This document shows, one piece after another, positions 8,313 to 16,896 of a stretch of DNA of 64,000 nt. The notes under the pieces were generated by a model, which made no database searches, was not told the DNA's origin, and saw nothing but the letters and a program-made list of their open reading frames with translations. The position numbers were made by a program, and so were the translations under genes. Source of the DNA: Armatimonadota bacterium (lineage in GTDB: Bacteria > Armatimonadota > Zipacnadia > Zipacnadales > Zipacnadaceae); assembly GCA_036504235.1 (NCBI GenBank), contig DASXVN010000030.1, forward strand, positions 12,677 through 76,676. The letters run 5' to 3'. Within the stretch, counting starts at the first letter, position 1. Every line of letters begins with the position of its first letter.

Positions 8313-9647
8313 TCAGGTTTCCGTTGTAGCAAAGCGCAGCCCGCGCACATACTCGTTGGTCTCCAGCCCCAGTTCTTCGGGGGAATGAATGGTTCGCCCG
8401 GCGATGCGTAGATCCTCGAAGAGGACATCGTCAATCAGGTGGTCCGCGTCATGCCCCAGCAGTCGGCTCGGGAACCGGAAGGGCTGTTCCGCGCTGATTT
8501 TGCGGAAGCACAGCCTGCTGAAGCGGCCCCACTCGCCTTCCTGCTGCGACCAGAGATTGCGTTGCATGAAGACGTTGATCAGGCGGGCACAGCGCCCCTC
8601 GATGCGGATATCCTCGAACAGGAGGTCGTGCAGGTGGGCCGTGCCGCCGTGCCAGCTCGAGAAGACGGAGCCGGTCCATTCGTCCGCCACCGTGCAGAAG
8701 GGCATGTGGTGGATTACATCGCAGTCGCGCACCACCGAGCCGCCGCTGTCCTCCAGCGAGTTCCACGACAACTGGAAGGCGGCGGCCCGATCGGCCCAGA
8801 CCACACAGCGGGTGATGCGGGTGTCGCTGACGGACGGCTTGAGGGCGTCGTCAGCGACGCGCAGGAAGCAGTCATCAATCCGGGCGCCGGGACCGGAGGA
8901 AAGGCCGTCGGTGTTGAAGTGCCAGGCCAAGACCTTCAGGTCCCGGAAGCAATTGTCCCGGCCCCCAGCGACCACCACGTAGTACGGCGAATCCACCAGC
9001 GTGACGCCGGAGAGCTCCAGGCCGTCACCGGCCAAGTTCACCAGGTCCACCCGCTCGGGGCTCCCCTCTTGCAGATGCCCCGGCCACTTGTAGGCGGCGC
9101 CGGACAGCACCCCGCGACCGAGGATCCGCGTACCGTCGCCGCCGCCGGCGAAGGAGCCCTTCAGAAACGCGCCGGGGGCCAGGTAGTAGGTCAGGCCCGG
9201 TTGCAGGGCGTAGAACTTCCCAATTTCGTGGACGCCCGGCCCCCACCAGACGACCCGGGGATCGTCCGGGGAGGGTATCTCGCTCTCCGGTTCGTTGGCA
9301 AAGAGGAAAAGGACGTCGGTCAGGTCGCCGTCGCACTCCAGGCAGAGCTTGCCGGGCTGATCCAGGCGCAGGACCACCTCGCCCCGATCCACCTCCGCCT
9401 GCACCGAGGAGGCCAGCGGCCGGACCACGGCCTGGCTGATAGGCCGGCCCAGTCGGCGAATCCGGACCTCGCACCGACCGCGCAGGTCGAAGCTCGTCCA
9501 GGATGAGGTATGGCCGGCAGTGAACTCCGCCTCCGCCGGGCCGGTGGTCAGGTACGTGAACGACGGCTGCCCGTCCACGGTAACCGCATAGCGCGACGAG
9601 GCCGGAACGCCGTCGGGGGCCGGATAGGTGGTGCTGGTGGTCTCCAT
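8313..9647 (-). CDS. Right-handed beta-helix (pectin-lyase fold) glycoside hydrolase-like protein (GH28/GH49-like)
   Basis: Repetitive beta-helix-type sequence ('...GRGVLSG...VTLVDSPYYVV...NTDGLS...'). The start was set at ATG 9647 (METTSTTYP) with a GAGGAGA RBS. The upstream part of the tracked ORF runs through a palindromic repeat. Confidence 0.6.
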   Translation of the reverse strand: METTSTTYPAPDGVPASSRYAVTVDGQPSFTYLTTGPAEAEFTAGHTSSWTSFDLRGRCEVRIRRLGRPISQAVVRPLASSVQAEVDRGEVVLRLDQPGKLCLECDGDLTDVLFLFANEPESEIPSPDDPRVVWWGPGVHEIGKFYALQPGLTYYLAPGAFLKGSFAGGGDGTRILGRGVLSGAAYKWPGHLQEGSPERVDLVNLAGDGLELSGVTLVDSPYYVVVAGGRDNCFRDLKVLAWHFNTDGLSSGPGARIDDCFLRVADDALKPSVSDTRITRCVVWADRAAAFQLSWNSLEDSGGSVVRDCDVIHHMPFCTVADEWTGSVFSSWHGGTAHLHDLLFEDIRIEGRCARLINVFMQRNLWSQQEGEWGRFSRLCFRKISAEQPFRFPSRLLGHDADHLIDDVLFEDLRIAGRTIHSPEELGLETNEYVRGLRFATTET

Positions 9648-9722
9648 CGTGAGGTTCTCCTCGTTGGCTTTTGCTTTCGCGCGCGGCGCGGTCGTAAGGT
9701 GCGCCGGAGGCGGGTGTTTCCC

Positions 9723-9856
9723 GTAGGGGCGCGCGTTTTGCCCGTCTGCGGGCAACACCCGCCCGTTCGCTGCCTGTCAGTTAGCGAGCGGGCGTGTGTG
9801 GCTCCGCTTCGCTCCGCCAAACGCGCCCCTACACGGAAAGGGCCTCGCGCCCCTAC
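9723..9856. repeat. Palindromic GTAGGGGCGCG-type element cluster (REP/MITE-like)
   Basis: 'gtaggggcgcgcgttt' at 9723..9738 is inverted relative to 'aaacgcgcccctac' at 9819..9832. A third copy, 'cgcgcccctac', sits at 9846..9856. An inner hairpin, cgcccgttcgc/gcgagcgggcg, lies between them. Confidence 0.55.
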
Positions 9857-11589
9857 AAATACCTCTTCAGCAACGCTTTTTCCGCCTCCCTGGTCCAAAG
9901 TCCTCCCGGACCCAGCAGCGCCGCTACCTCCGGCATCTGCTCCGCCAGGTCGGTGATCGCGGTCAGGGGCAGGCCGCTGATCTGCGGGTAAATGACGATC
10001 TTGCCGGGGAAGGCCATGCCCAGGACCGCCTCCAGGCCCGCGTGGACGGCCTCCAGACCGCCGATGCCGGCTACCGAGGCGTTGGTGTCAATCTCGCCGC
10101 TCTCGGTCATGTGCAGGGTGGTGCGCAGGTCCGCGATCAGCGAGCCGCTGGTCCCCTGGAAGCGCACTTGGCGCTCCACCACCGGCCCCAGGTCGGTGGC
10201 GGCGAAGCTGCCCCGGGGGATGCCGGCGAAGATCTCCACCAGCCCGCGGCGACCGGCGAAGCGCACCGCGTCGGCGATCAGCGTCGGCACCGGCACCAGC
10301 ACGTGGATATCGTCAAAGCCTTCCGGCGCAATCTCGCGCAGCCGGGCCTCGAAGGCCTCCTGGCCCAGCGCTTTGGGGTTGAGCAGCACGATCTCGCGGC
10401 CCCGAGCGCGGGCCACCGGCTCCATGCGCTCGCGGACCAACTCCAGCCGCTCGTCGTCGAGGTCGCTGACCACGATGACGCTGGGGCCCTCGCTGCCCTG
10501 CGCGGCGATCTGGACGTGCATCTGGCCCATCGGCCCGGCGCCGCCCATGATCCAGGCCTTGCCGCCGGGGGTCAGTCCCGGAGCGCGGGTCTCCGCGTAG
10601 GCGGCGGCCAGATCACGGCCGGGGGCGCCGTAGTAGCGGGTGTAGTCATAATGGATGCGGCCCAGGTCGAGGTTGAGCGGGCGGGAGGGGGCGGCGCCGA
10701 CCAGCGCCAGGACGCCCTCGCGCCCCAGCACGGCGGCGGCCGCCTCGATCAGCTCCGGGCAGTGGGCGCCCAGCAGGACCACGTCGTCAAAACCCTCCGG
10801 CGCCTGCTGCTGTTTGAGCGTCTCTAGCAGGCCCTCGTGGAGCGGCTCGGACACCACGATCTCCGCGCCCCAGGCGGCAGCGGCAGCGGTGATCTCGGCG
10901 GTCAGGTCAGCGGGGACGTCGGTGAGCACGATCTTCTGGGGACCAGGCCCGGCGGCCAGCGCGCCCAGGGTGTAGCCTTCCTTGCCCGCGCCGCCGATGA
11001 TCAGGAGCGTTCCGCCGGGGGCGAAGTTGCGCCGGAAATCGGTGCGGTGGGCGCAGACCACGCAGGCCCACGGCTCGGCCAGGGCGGCCTCCGCGTAGCC
11101 CGTCTCGGCCTGCATGGGGATCAGGTAGCTGCCCTCGTCGCCGCGCAGGACCTCATCGCCGAGTATCACGTACTGCTCGAACGCGCCGGGCAGCATGTAG
11201 CCAAAGGCGAGATTCTTGCCGTTCACGTACACATCGGCCTGCACCACAAAGCGGTCGCCGACGTGGTACTGGTAGCGGAGTTGCTCGCCGACCTCGACCA
11301 CCGTGAGCGCCACCTCATGGCCGGGCACGATCGGGTCATGGCGCAGGTCGCGGCCGTACAGGCGCGGGTGGTCGCCGCCCTGCTTGATGATCTTGATGTC
11401 GGAAAAGCAGATCCCGGCGGCGTCAATCCGCGCCAGGAGCTGGTCGGGACCGGGGCGGCCCACCGGAATCTCCACCGGCTGCCCCTCCTGTCCGACGTTC
11501 TCCAACCCCGCGCCATAGACGTGCCAGGCGCCCTGGGTGGTCGGAATCGCGGTCGCGCCGCGCTGATAATTGGTCAGTTTGTCACTCAT
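9853..11589 (-). CDS. Zinc-type medium-chain dehydrogenase/reductase (alcohol dehydrogenase family) with an extra inserted nucleotide-binding-like segment (578 aa)
   Basis: GroES-like N-domain 'PGHEVALTVVEVG'. There are two GxGxxG-type segments: 'IIGGAGKEGY' and 'IMGGAGPMGQMHVQ'. Confidence 0.75.
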   Translation of the reverse strand: MSDKLTNYQRGATAIPTTQGAWHVYGAGLENVGQEGQPVEIPVGRPGPDQLLARIDAAGICFSDIKIIKQGGDHPRLYGRDLRHDPIVPGHEVALTVVEVGEQLRYQYHVGDRFVVQADVYVNGKNLAFGYMLPGAFEQYVILGDEVLRGDEGSYLIPMQAETGYAEAALAEPWACVVCAHRTDFRRNFAPGGTLLIIGGAGKEGYTLGALAAGPGPQKIVLTDVPADLTAEITAAAAAWGAEIVVSEPLHEGLLETLKQQQAPEGFDDVVLLGAHCPELIEAAAAVLGREGVLALVGAAPSRPLNLDLGRIHYDYTRYYGAPGRDLAAAYAETRAPGLTPGGKAWIMGGAGPMGQMHVQIAAQGSEGPSVIVVSDLDDERLELVRERMEPVARARGREIVLLNPKALGQEAFEARLREIAPEGFDDIHVLVPVPTLIADAVRFAGRRGLVEIFAGIPRGSFAATDLGPVVERQVRFQGTSGSLIADLRTTLHMTESGEIDTNASVAGIGGLEAVHAGLEAVLGMAFPGKIVIYPQISGLPLTAITDLAEQMPEVAALLGPGGLWTREAEKALLKRYL

Positions 11590-11656
11590 GATTCATATGC
11601 TCCATGTGGGCTCGATTCACGAAGCCCCGTAAGTTAGTCATCTCTTCTCGTTGCGG

Positions 11657-12709
11657 CTATGTGCCCGTTGAGGAAGTTGCCTTCATTATCTCTCGGAGTT
11701 CATCGGGAGACAGCAGTAGGCCTCCGCGGTGCAGCATGCGGTGGCAGTTGGCGCATACGCATACTGCACTTCTTTCGTCAGACAGTTTTGCAGCAGTCAG
11801 ACTGGCCAGAGGCTCAAGATGATGGCACTCGGCGAAGCCAATACCTCGCTCCCCATAGGCCTCGTCGTAAGAGAACCCACAGACTGTGCAGGTGTAATGC
11901 GCTTTGGCCTTAACCTTACTAGCGAAGAGAGGGTTCCGCATGTGGGCGCGTATCTCCACTATGCGCGTCTGCCCTTCCCAATACCCGCCGTCTACATCCT
12001 GCGGGATTTCGCTTTCGGCGGCTTCGCGCCGAGTAGCCGAGACCTGGTCGGCGGAACTTCGAACGGCGGCGCTCTGAACTGCAGAATCTTCTGGCGGGTA
12101 TGCGACAGTGTTTAGGAGCGATTCCAGTAATTCGATCTTCATGCCCAGAACCGCTTCTCGGTTGTCTCCCCACACTCGTCGGTGTTCGGATAGGGCATCT
12201 TCGAGAATCGCCGTCGCCTCTGTGTCTCCGATGTTTGTGATGTTTCGTCCAACTTGCTTCTTAAGCTCAGGCACGTGACGTTGCTTATCATATGGGACCT
12301 GCGCTTCCCGGAGAAAGAGTACTGCCCAATCCTGCGGCGCTCTAAGGTTCCACGGCGAGCCATCAGGAAGGATTTCATCGACTTCGTCAGGCCTGAACAC
12401 AGAACAGCAGCCATACAGGCCGACTATGAAGCGCTTGTGCCTCTTCGGATCCAATGAGTGAAAGAAACATATTCCTCGTCCATCGTTCGCCACATAGTAG
12501 TCTCTGGGTAAATTCCCAGTGGTTTCTACGTAGCCATGAATGACTTTCCGTCCTTCAACTGTCTTCCTGTTGCGTCGATTACGGAAGGCGAAGTTGTAGC
12601 CCTCGTGAGGGTTATTGCCGGACTTGACCCATCCGAAGTTGACTCCTTCCAGGGTGGGTTCGGTCCAATCGTTTGATGACCACGCGACGTTAGCCAGCAG
12701 GTGATTCAT
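11657..12709 (-). CDS. HNH endonuclease (McrA/COG3183-like C-terminal nuclease) with an uncharacterised ~250-aa N-terminal region
   Basis: C-terminal 'CTVCGFSYDEAYGERGIGFAECHHLEPL...VCVCANCHRMLH' is an HNH/Cys4 motif. The gene sits in a visibly lower-GC segment: two 60-nt lines counted by hand gave 47% and 55%. Confidence 0.8.
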   Translation of the reverse strand: MNHLLANVAWSSNDWTEPTLEGVNFGWVKSGNNPHEGYNFAFRNRRNRKTVEGRKVIHGYVETTGNLPRDYYVANDGRGICFFHSLDPKRHKRFIVGLYGCCSVFRPDEVDEILPDGSPWNLRAPQDWAVLFLREAQVPYDKQRHVPELKKQVGRNITNIGDTEATAILEDALSEHRRVWGDNREAVLGMKIELLESLLNTVAYPPEDSAVQSAAVRSSADQVSATRREAAESEIPQDVDGGYWEGQTRIVEIRAHMRNPLFASKVKAKAHYTCTVCGFSYDEAYGERGIGFAECHHLEPLASLTAAKLSDERSAVCVCANCHRMLHRGGLLLSPDELREIMKATSSTGT

Positions 12710-12738
12710 AGATTCGACCCCCCGTGCGAAAGTCGTGT

Positions 12739-13536
12739 CTAGAGCCGCAAGGCGTCCGCGTACCCCAGCCCCTGCAGATAGTCGTGATTGTACTGCTGGT
12801 CGGTGTAGGGCGTGATCGTGGTCTGGTCTTGCTCGACACAGGCCCAGCCCCGGAAGCCGGCGCGCTCCAGGGACTCCACGCAGGCGGGCAGGTCAATTCC
12901 CGCGTTGCCGCGGCCCAGCTCGCAGAAGCGCACATGCTTGCCCTGCGCGTCGAGCACCGAGTCCTTCAGGTGACAGTGTACCACGCGGCGCCCCCACTTT
13001 TCCAGCAGGGCCAGCGGGTCGGCGCCTCCGGAGGCCGCGTGGCCCAGGTCCGCGCACCAGCCGATCTCGGTCTCGGCCAGGAAGCGCTCGATCTGCGCCG
13101 GCGTCTCGGTGACGGTGCCCAAGTGGTTGTGGAAGCCCGCGGGTATGCCCATTTCCTGGGCGAGCTGGTGCATCGCGGCGCAGTCGCGGACGAGCTGGGC
13201 GAAGACAGCCTCCTCGTCATCCTCGGGGCCGCAGTTGCCGCCGCCGACCATGAGCGCGGTGCCGCCGGTGACCTGGAGCATCTCGATTTTGCGGCGCGCC
13301 GTCTTCAGGTCCGCAACTGAGGCGGAAAAGCACACCAGGCGCAGGCCCAGGTCGTCGCACTCCTGCTTGACCGCCTCGGGTGCGGGCATCTGGTCGAAAA
13401 AGCCGCCGGTCATGTCCACGCCGGCAAAGCCGGTCAGCGCGACCTCCGCGAAGACCTGGCGATAGCCGACGGTGGAGCCGTACTGGTTGCCGTAAGCGAT
13501 CCAGCCGAAGGTCTGGCAGCCGATCTGGTAGGTCAT
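12739..13536 (-). CDS. Sugar phosphate isomerase/epimerase (xylose isomerase-like TIM barrel)
   Basis: '...GFAGVDM...', '...FHNHLGTV...' and '...HCHLKD...' are metal-ligand-type motifs of the AP-endonuclease-2/XI-like TIM family. The start was set at ATG 13536 (MTYQIG) with an AGGGAG RBS. Confidence 0.75.
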   Translation of the reverse strand: MTYQIGCQTFGWIAYGNQYGSTVGYRQVFAEVALTGFAGVDMTGGFFDQMPAPEAVKQECDDLGLRLVCFSASVADLKTARRKIEMLQVTGGTALMVGGGNCGPEDDEEAVFAQLVRDCAAMHQLAQEMGIPAGFHNHLGTVTETPAQIERFLAETEIGWCADLGHAASGGADPLALLEKWGRRVVHCHLKDSVLDAQGKHVRFCELGRGNAGIDLPACVESLERAGFRGWACVEQDQTTITPYTDQQYNHDYLQGLGYADALRL

Positions 13537-13705
13537 AGGGGGACTCCCTTCGCGCGCCGGGGCGACCGGCGCTTTACGGTGCGTACGGGGGGCCACTTCC
13601 CCGACGCCGTCCGGCCTTCCTCCCGCGCCGGCGCGAGGAGGAGAGTGTGGCGCGGACGCGGAACCATTACCACTCCACTGTTTCGACAGCATCGCCAGGT
13701 CCGCT

Positions 13706-14467
13706 ATGGGAACTTCCACCTCACATCGCTCTCCCGCCACGCCCGAATGGGACCGGGTACGGGAGCTATACGAGCTAGCTCACCCCTCGCCCCGCGAGGT
13801 GGTCAGCCGCATCGTGGCTGCTCTGGATGAAGCCACGCAGCAGCGGCTGCACGCGGAGGCGCCCGTCCGCTGCCTGGACGCCCTGCTGCACGGCAGCGCC
13901 GGCGCCGCCGCGCCGGGCGCCGTCTGGCCTACCGTCACCCCCTCCACCGGCTGCGCGGCGCTGGACTTGGCCGCTCATCTTACCTCCACCGCGGAAGCCA
14001 GTGTCGGCGCCGCCCGCGCCGGGTCGCTTTTCGGCACGCTGGCCCGCGAGGCGATCGCGCCCACGCTGATCGCCAGCCTGCAAGCGCCGGTGGCCTGGGT
14101 GGAGCTGCCGCCGGAGACCGTGCAGACCCAGTACGGGCGCTGGGCGCGCGAGGGGCGGCTCAGCGATCTGGCCGCCGAGTATGTCGCCCAGGACCTCGGC
14201 CAGACCTTCCGCTACTTCGTCACCCGCGACCTCGCCGACTTCGTGGGCCGGCCCCATCTGCCCGGGATCAACGCCGCCCGCGCCCTCACCGAGAGCGTCG
14301 CCGATTACTGCCGCACGCGCACCGGGCTGTCCCTCACCGCTCGTTGGGAACAGGATTTGCAGGAGGTCATGACGCTCGACCGGGAACAGCGCGTCCCGGC
14401 GCTCACACCTTTGATGAGCCAGGCCGTGCAGACCGGTCTGGCTAATCTCGCCGGGGGGGAGCGTTAA
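13706..14467 (+). CDS. Hypothetical protein beginning Met-Gly-Thr-Ser (QatB-like partner of the downstream QueC-family enzyme)
   Basis: A 253-aa ORF whose stop lies 2 nt before the GTG start of the next gene. The N-terminus 'MGTSTSHRSP' would expose Gly after Met removal. I recognise no catalytic motif. Confidence 0.65.
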   Translation: MGTSTSHRSPATPEWDRVRELYELAHPSPREVVSRIVAALDEATQQRLHAEAPVRCLDALLHGSAGAAAPGAVWPTVTPSTGCAALDLAAHLTSTAEASVGAARAGSLFGTLAREAIAPTLIASLQAPVAWVELPPETVQTQYGRWAREGRLSDLAAEYVAQDLGQTFRYFVTRDLADFVGRPHLPGINAARALTESVADYCRTRTGLSLTARWEQDLQEVMTLDREQRVPALTPLMSQAVQTGLANLAGGER

Positions 14468-14469
14468 TC

Positions 14470-15813
14470 GTGCGGGGCTTCGTGGTCCAGGCGGAAGGGC
14501 TCCCGGCGGCGGTCCGCGCGCAAGCGGAACGGCGCGCCCCCGTGTGGCTGGATTGGCGCTCGGCGCAGCGCAACGCCGCCTGCGACCACTCCGAGCTGCC
14601 GCTGCCGAGCGGCCCAGAGCGGGCGGTCGCCCGGGACTTGCTGGACATGGCCACCGCGATCTATCTGGCAGATCTGGCCGTGCCGCGCGGGCGCAATGAG
14701 GACTTTGTACGCGAGTTGGAGCTGGTGCTGCCGGTGCGCGAGCCGGACTTCTGGCAGGCGCAGGAGCCGCACCTGGCCTGGCTGCTGCAGCGGCTGTGCG
14801 GCGACCAGGTACACCTGGAGTTCCATCCGCGCGAGGGCGAGGACTCGCCGGTCGAGTCGGCCCGGCCCTGGATTGAGGCGGACAGCGTGTCGCTGCTCTC
14901 CGGCGGGCTGGATTCCGCCGCGGGGGCGGCGCTGCTGCTGCGCACCGACCGGCGGCCCCGGCTGATCATGCACCGCTCAGGCAATCCGGCGGTGGCGCAG
15001 GCCCAGGACCGCCTCACCGATACCCTGGCCCAGAAATGGCCCGACCAGTTCCGGCTCAGCGCGGTCCGGCTGGCGCCCAGTTCGCACCGCACCGGGGCGC
15101 TGCCCTTCCCCGGGCCGGAACTGCGGGAGAGCACCCGGCGCTGCCGCTCGCTGCTCTACCTGGCGCTGGGCGCGGTGGCGGCGGCGGGAGAGGGCGTGGA
15201 CGAGCTGTACCTGTATGACAACGCGGTGCTGACCTCGGCAGTGCCGCTGTCCGCGGCCCGCTGCGGCAGCTTCACTACGCACAGCACCCATCCCGCGGTT
15301 CTGGCGCAGTTCAACGAACTGCTGCGGGCGGCCGGTCTGACCGTCCAGGTGCAGAACCCCTTCCTCTACCAGGCCAAGGGCGAGCTGATCCGCACCTGCC
15401 TGCAGCCGGTGTTCAGCCCGCAGGAGATTCTCCAGACCGTCTCCTGCTGGGCGGTCGGCCGCCAGCAGCGCCAATGCGGCGGCTGCGTGCCCTGCCTGCT
15501 GCGGCGCATCTCGCTGCTCGCGGCGGGCCTGCCGGATGAGGTCTACGAGCGCGACCTGCTGGGGCATCCCTATCACTACCAGGACACCGACGGCCACCGC
15601 AACCTCACCGACCTGCTGGGCTGGGCCGCCTGCGTGCTGTCCACGCCGGAGCTGCGGCTGCCGCTGGAGTACCCCTCGCTGCTGGAGGTCCAGGCCGGCG
15701 GTGCGCAGGTGATGGAGGTAGTCCGCGCCCTGCGCCGCCAGGCTACCGAGATCTTCGACGTGGTCCAGCGCCACTTCCCGGCGGCCGCGGCGCTGATGAA
15801 CGACGGGCGCTAG
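14470..15813 (+). CDS. QueC-family PP-loop ATP pyrophosphatase with ~140-aa N-terminal and ~100-aa C-terminal extensions (QatC-like)
   Basis: PP-loop 'SLLSGGLDSAAG' at aa 141-152. QueC-type Zn site 'C326-x9-C336-x2-C339-x2-C342' (SCWAVGRQQRQCGGCVPC). GGGGGAG RBS lies 9 nt before the GTG start. Confidence 0.8.
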   Translation: MRGFVVQAEGLPAAVRAQAERRAPVWLDWRSAQRNAACDHSELPLPSGPERAVARDLLDMATAIYLADLAVPRGRNEDFVRELELVLPVREPDFWQAQEPHLAWLLQRLCGDQVHLEFHPREGEDSPVESARPWIEADSVSLLSGGLDSAAGAALLLRTDRRPRLIMHRSGNPAVAQAQDRLTDTLAQKWPDQFRLSAVRLAPSSHRTGALPFPGPELRESTRRCRSLLYLALGAVAAAGEGVDELYLYDNAVLTSAVPLSAARCGSFTTHSTHPAVLAQFNELLRAAGLTVQVQNPFLYQAKGELIRTCLQPVFSPQEILQTVSCWAVGRQQRQCGGCVPCLLRRISLLAAGLPDEVYERDLLGHPYHYQDTDGHRNLTDLLGWAACVLSTPELRLPLEYPSLLEVQAGGAQVMEVVRALRRQATEIFDVVQRHFPAAAALMNDGR

Positions 15814-15888
15814 GCGGCCGCCTCTTGCCTCCACCCCCCCGGAGCGCTATGCTGGTGAGGGGATTCTCCCCGCCGAGGTGCTCTGGGC

Positions 15889-16806
15889 ATGACTCGCAAG
15901 CAATTCCTCAAATTGGGACTGGGACTGGCCGGCGCCTACGTGGTGGGCGGTACGGGCGCGCGGGTGCTCTGGGAGAAGTACGACCTGCGCCTCACCGAGT
16001 GGGAGGTGCCGCTGCCCCGCCTGCCCCGCGACCTCGAGGGCCTGCGCGTCGCCCACCTCTCCGACCTGCACCTGTCGCCCGAGGTCCCCTTCGACTACCT
16101 CGTGGAGTCCCTGGAGAAATCTAGCCAGCTCGGCGCGGACGTCGTGGTGCTCACCGGGGACATTCTTTCCACCTACTACAAGCTGATTGAGCCGTACCGC
16201 GCCGCCCTGGCCGCGGTTTCCGCGCCCCGGGGCAAGTACGCGGTCCTGGGCAACCACGACTACTTCTCGCGCCGCACCCGCGCCGTAGTGACCATGCTGC
16301 AGGAGACCGGCTGGACCGTGCTGCGCAACGAGAGCGTGCCCCTGCCGGGCACCGGCGGGCGGGTCTGGCTGCTGGGCCTGGACGATCCGGTCACCGGCCA
16401 CGATGATATGGACAAGACCATGCACGGGGTGCCGCCGGAGGCGGTGCGGGTGATGCTGGCGCATACCCCGGACGTGATCGGTCCGGCGGCCGAGCACCAC
16501 GTGGACCTGCTGCTGGCGGGCCACACCCACGGCGGGCAGGTGGTGCTGCCGTTCATCGGCCCGCTGGCGGTGCCCTCGGAGTACGGGGCCAAGTATGCCT
16601 GGGGGCTGTTCGACTACGCGGGCACGCGCCTGGAGGTCACCCGGGGCGTGGGGCTGGTGCCGCCGCGGGTACGCTTCAATTGCCCCCCGGAGATCGCCCT
16701 GCTGACCCTGCGCCGCGGCGAGTGGCCCCTGTCGGCCGGCAATCCCTCGCTGGTGACACATCCCTACCGGCGCCTACGGCTCTTGCGCCGGCGCCTTTTC
16801 CGTTAG
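15889..16806 (+). CDS. Calcineurin-like metallophosphoesterase with an N-terminal Tat/TM-like segment
   Basis: 'VAHLSDLHL', 'LTGD', 'GNHDY' and 'GHTHGGQ' metallophosphoesterase motifs. The N-terminus is 'MTRKQFLKLGLGLAGAYVVGG'. Confidence 0.85.
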   Translation: MTRKQFLKLGLGLAGAYVVGGTGARVLWEKYDLRLTEWEVPLPRLPRDLEGLRVAHLSDLHLSPEVPFDYLVESLEKSSQLGADVVVLTGDILSTYYKLIEPYRAALAAVSAPRGKYAVLGNHDYFSRRTRAVVTMLQETGWTVLRNESVPLPGTGGRVWLLGLDDPVTGHDDMDKTMHGVPPEAVRVMLAHTPDVIGPAAEHHVDLLLAGHTHGGQVVLPFIGPLAVPSEYGAKYAWGLFDYAGTRLEVTRGVGLVPPRVRFNCPPEIALLTLRRGEWPLSAGNPSLVTHPYRRLRLLRRRLFR

Positions 16807-16896
16807 GGGACCTGCGATTTGCCGCCGGGGAGGAATTGGGGCGGCCGCGCGGAATTTGAGGGGGTAGTTACCAGTCCCTTCAGGAGGTGAAACCCC

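Noticed and set aside
15889-16806. The metallophosphoesterase as the effector (TatD substitute) of the QatBC-like module
   Set aside because: It is a ubiquitous Tat/TM-anchored YkuE/YaeI-like architecture. It is separated by a 75-nt gap and has its own RBS, and nothing in the sequence ties it to the pair. I left it as an open question rather than a claim.
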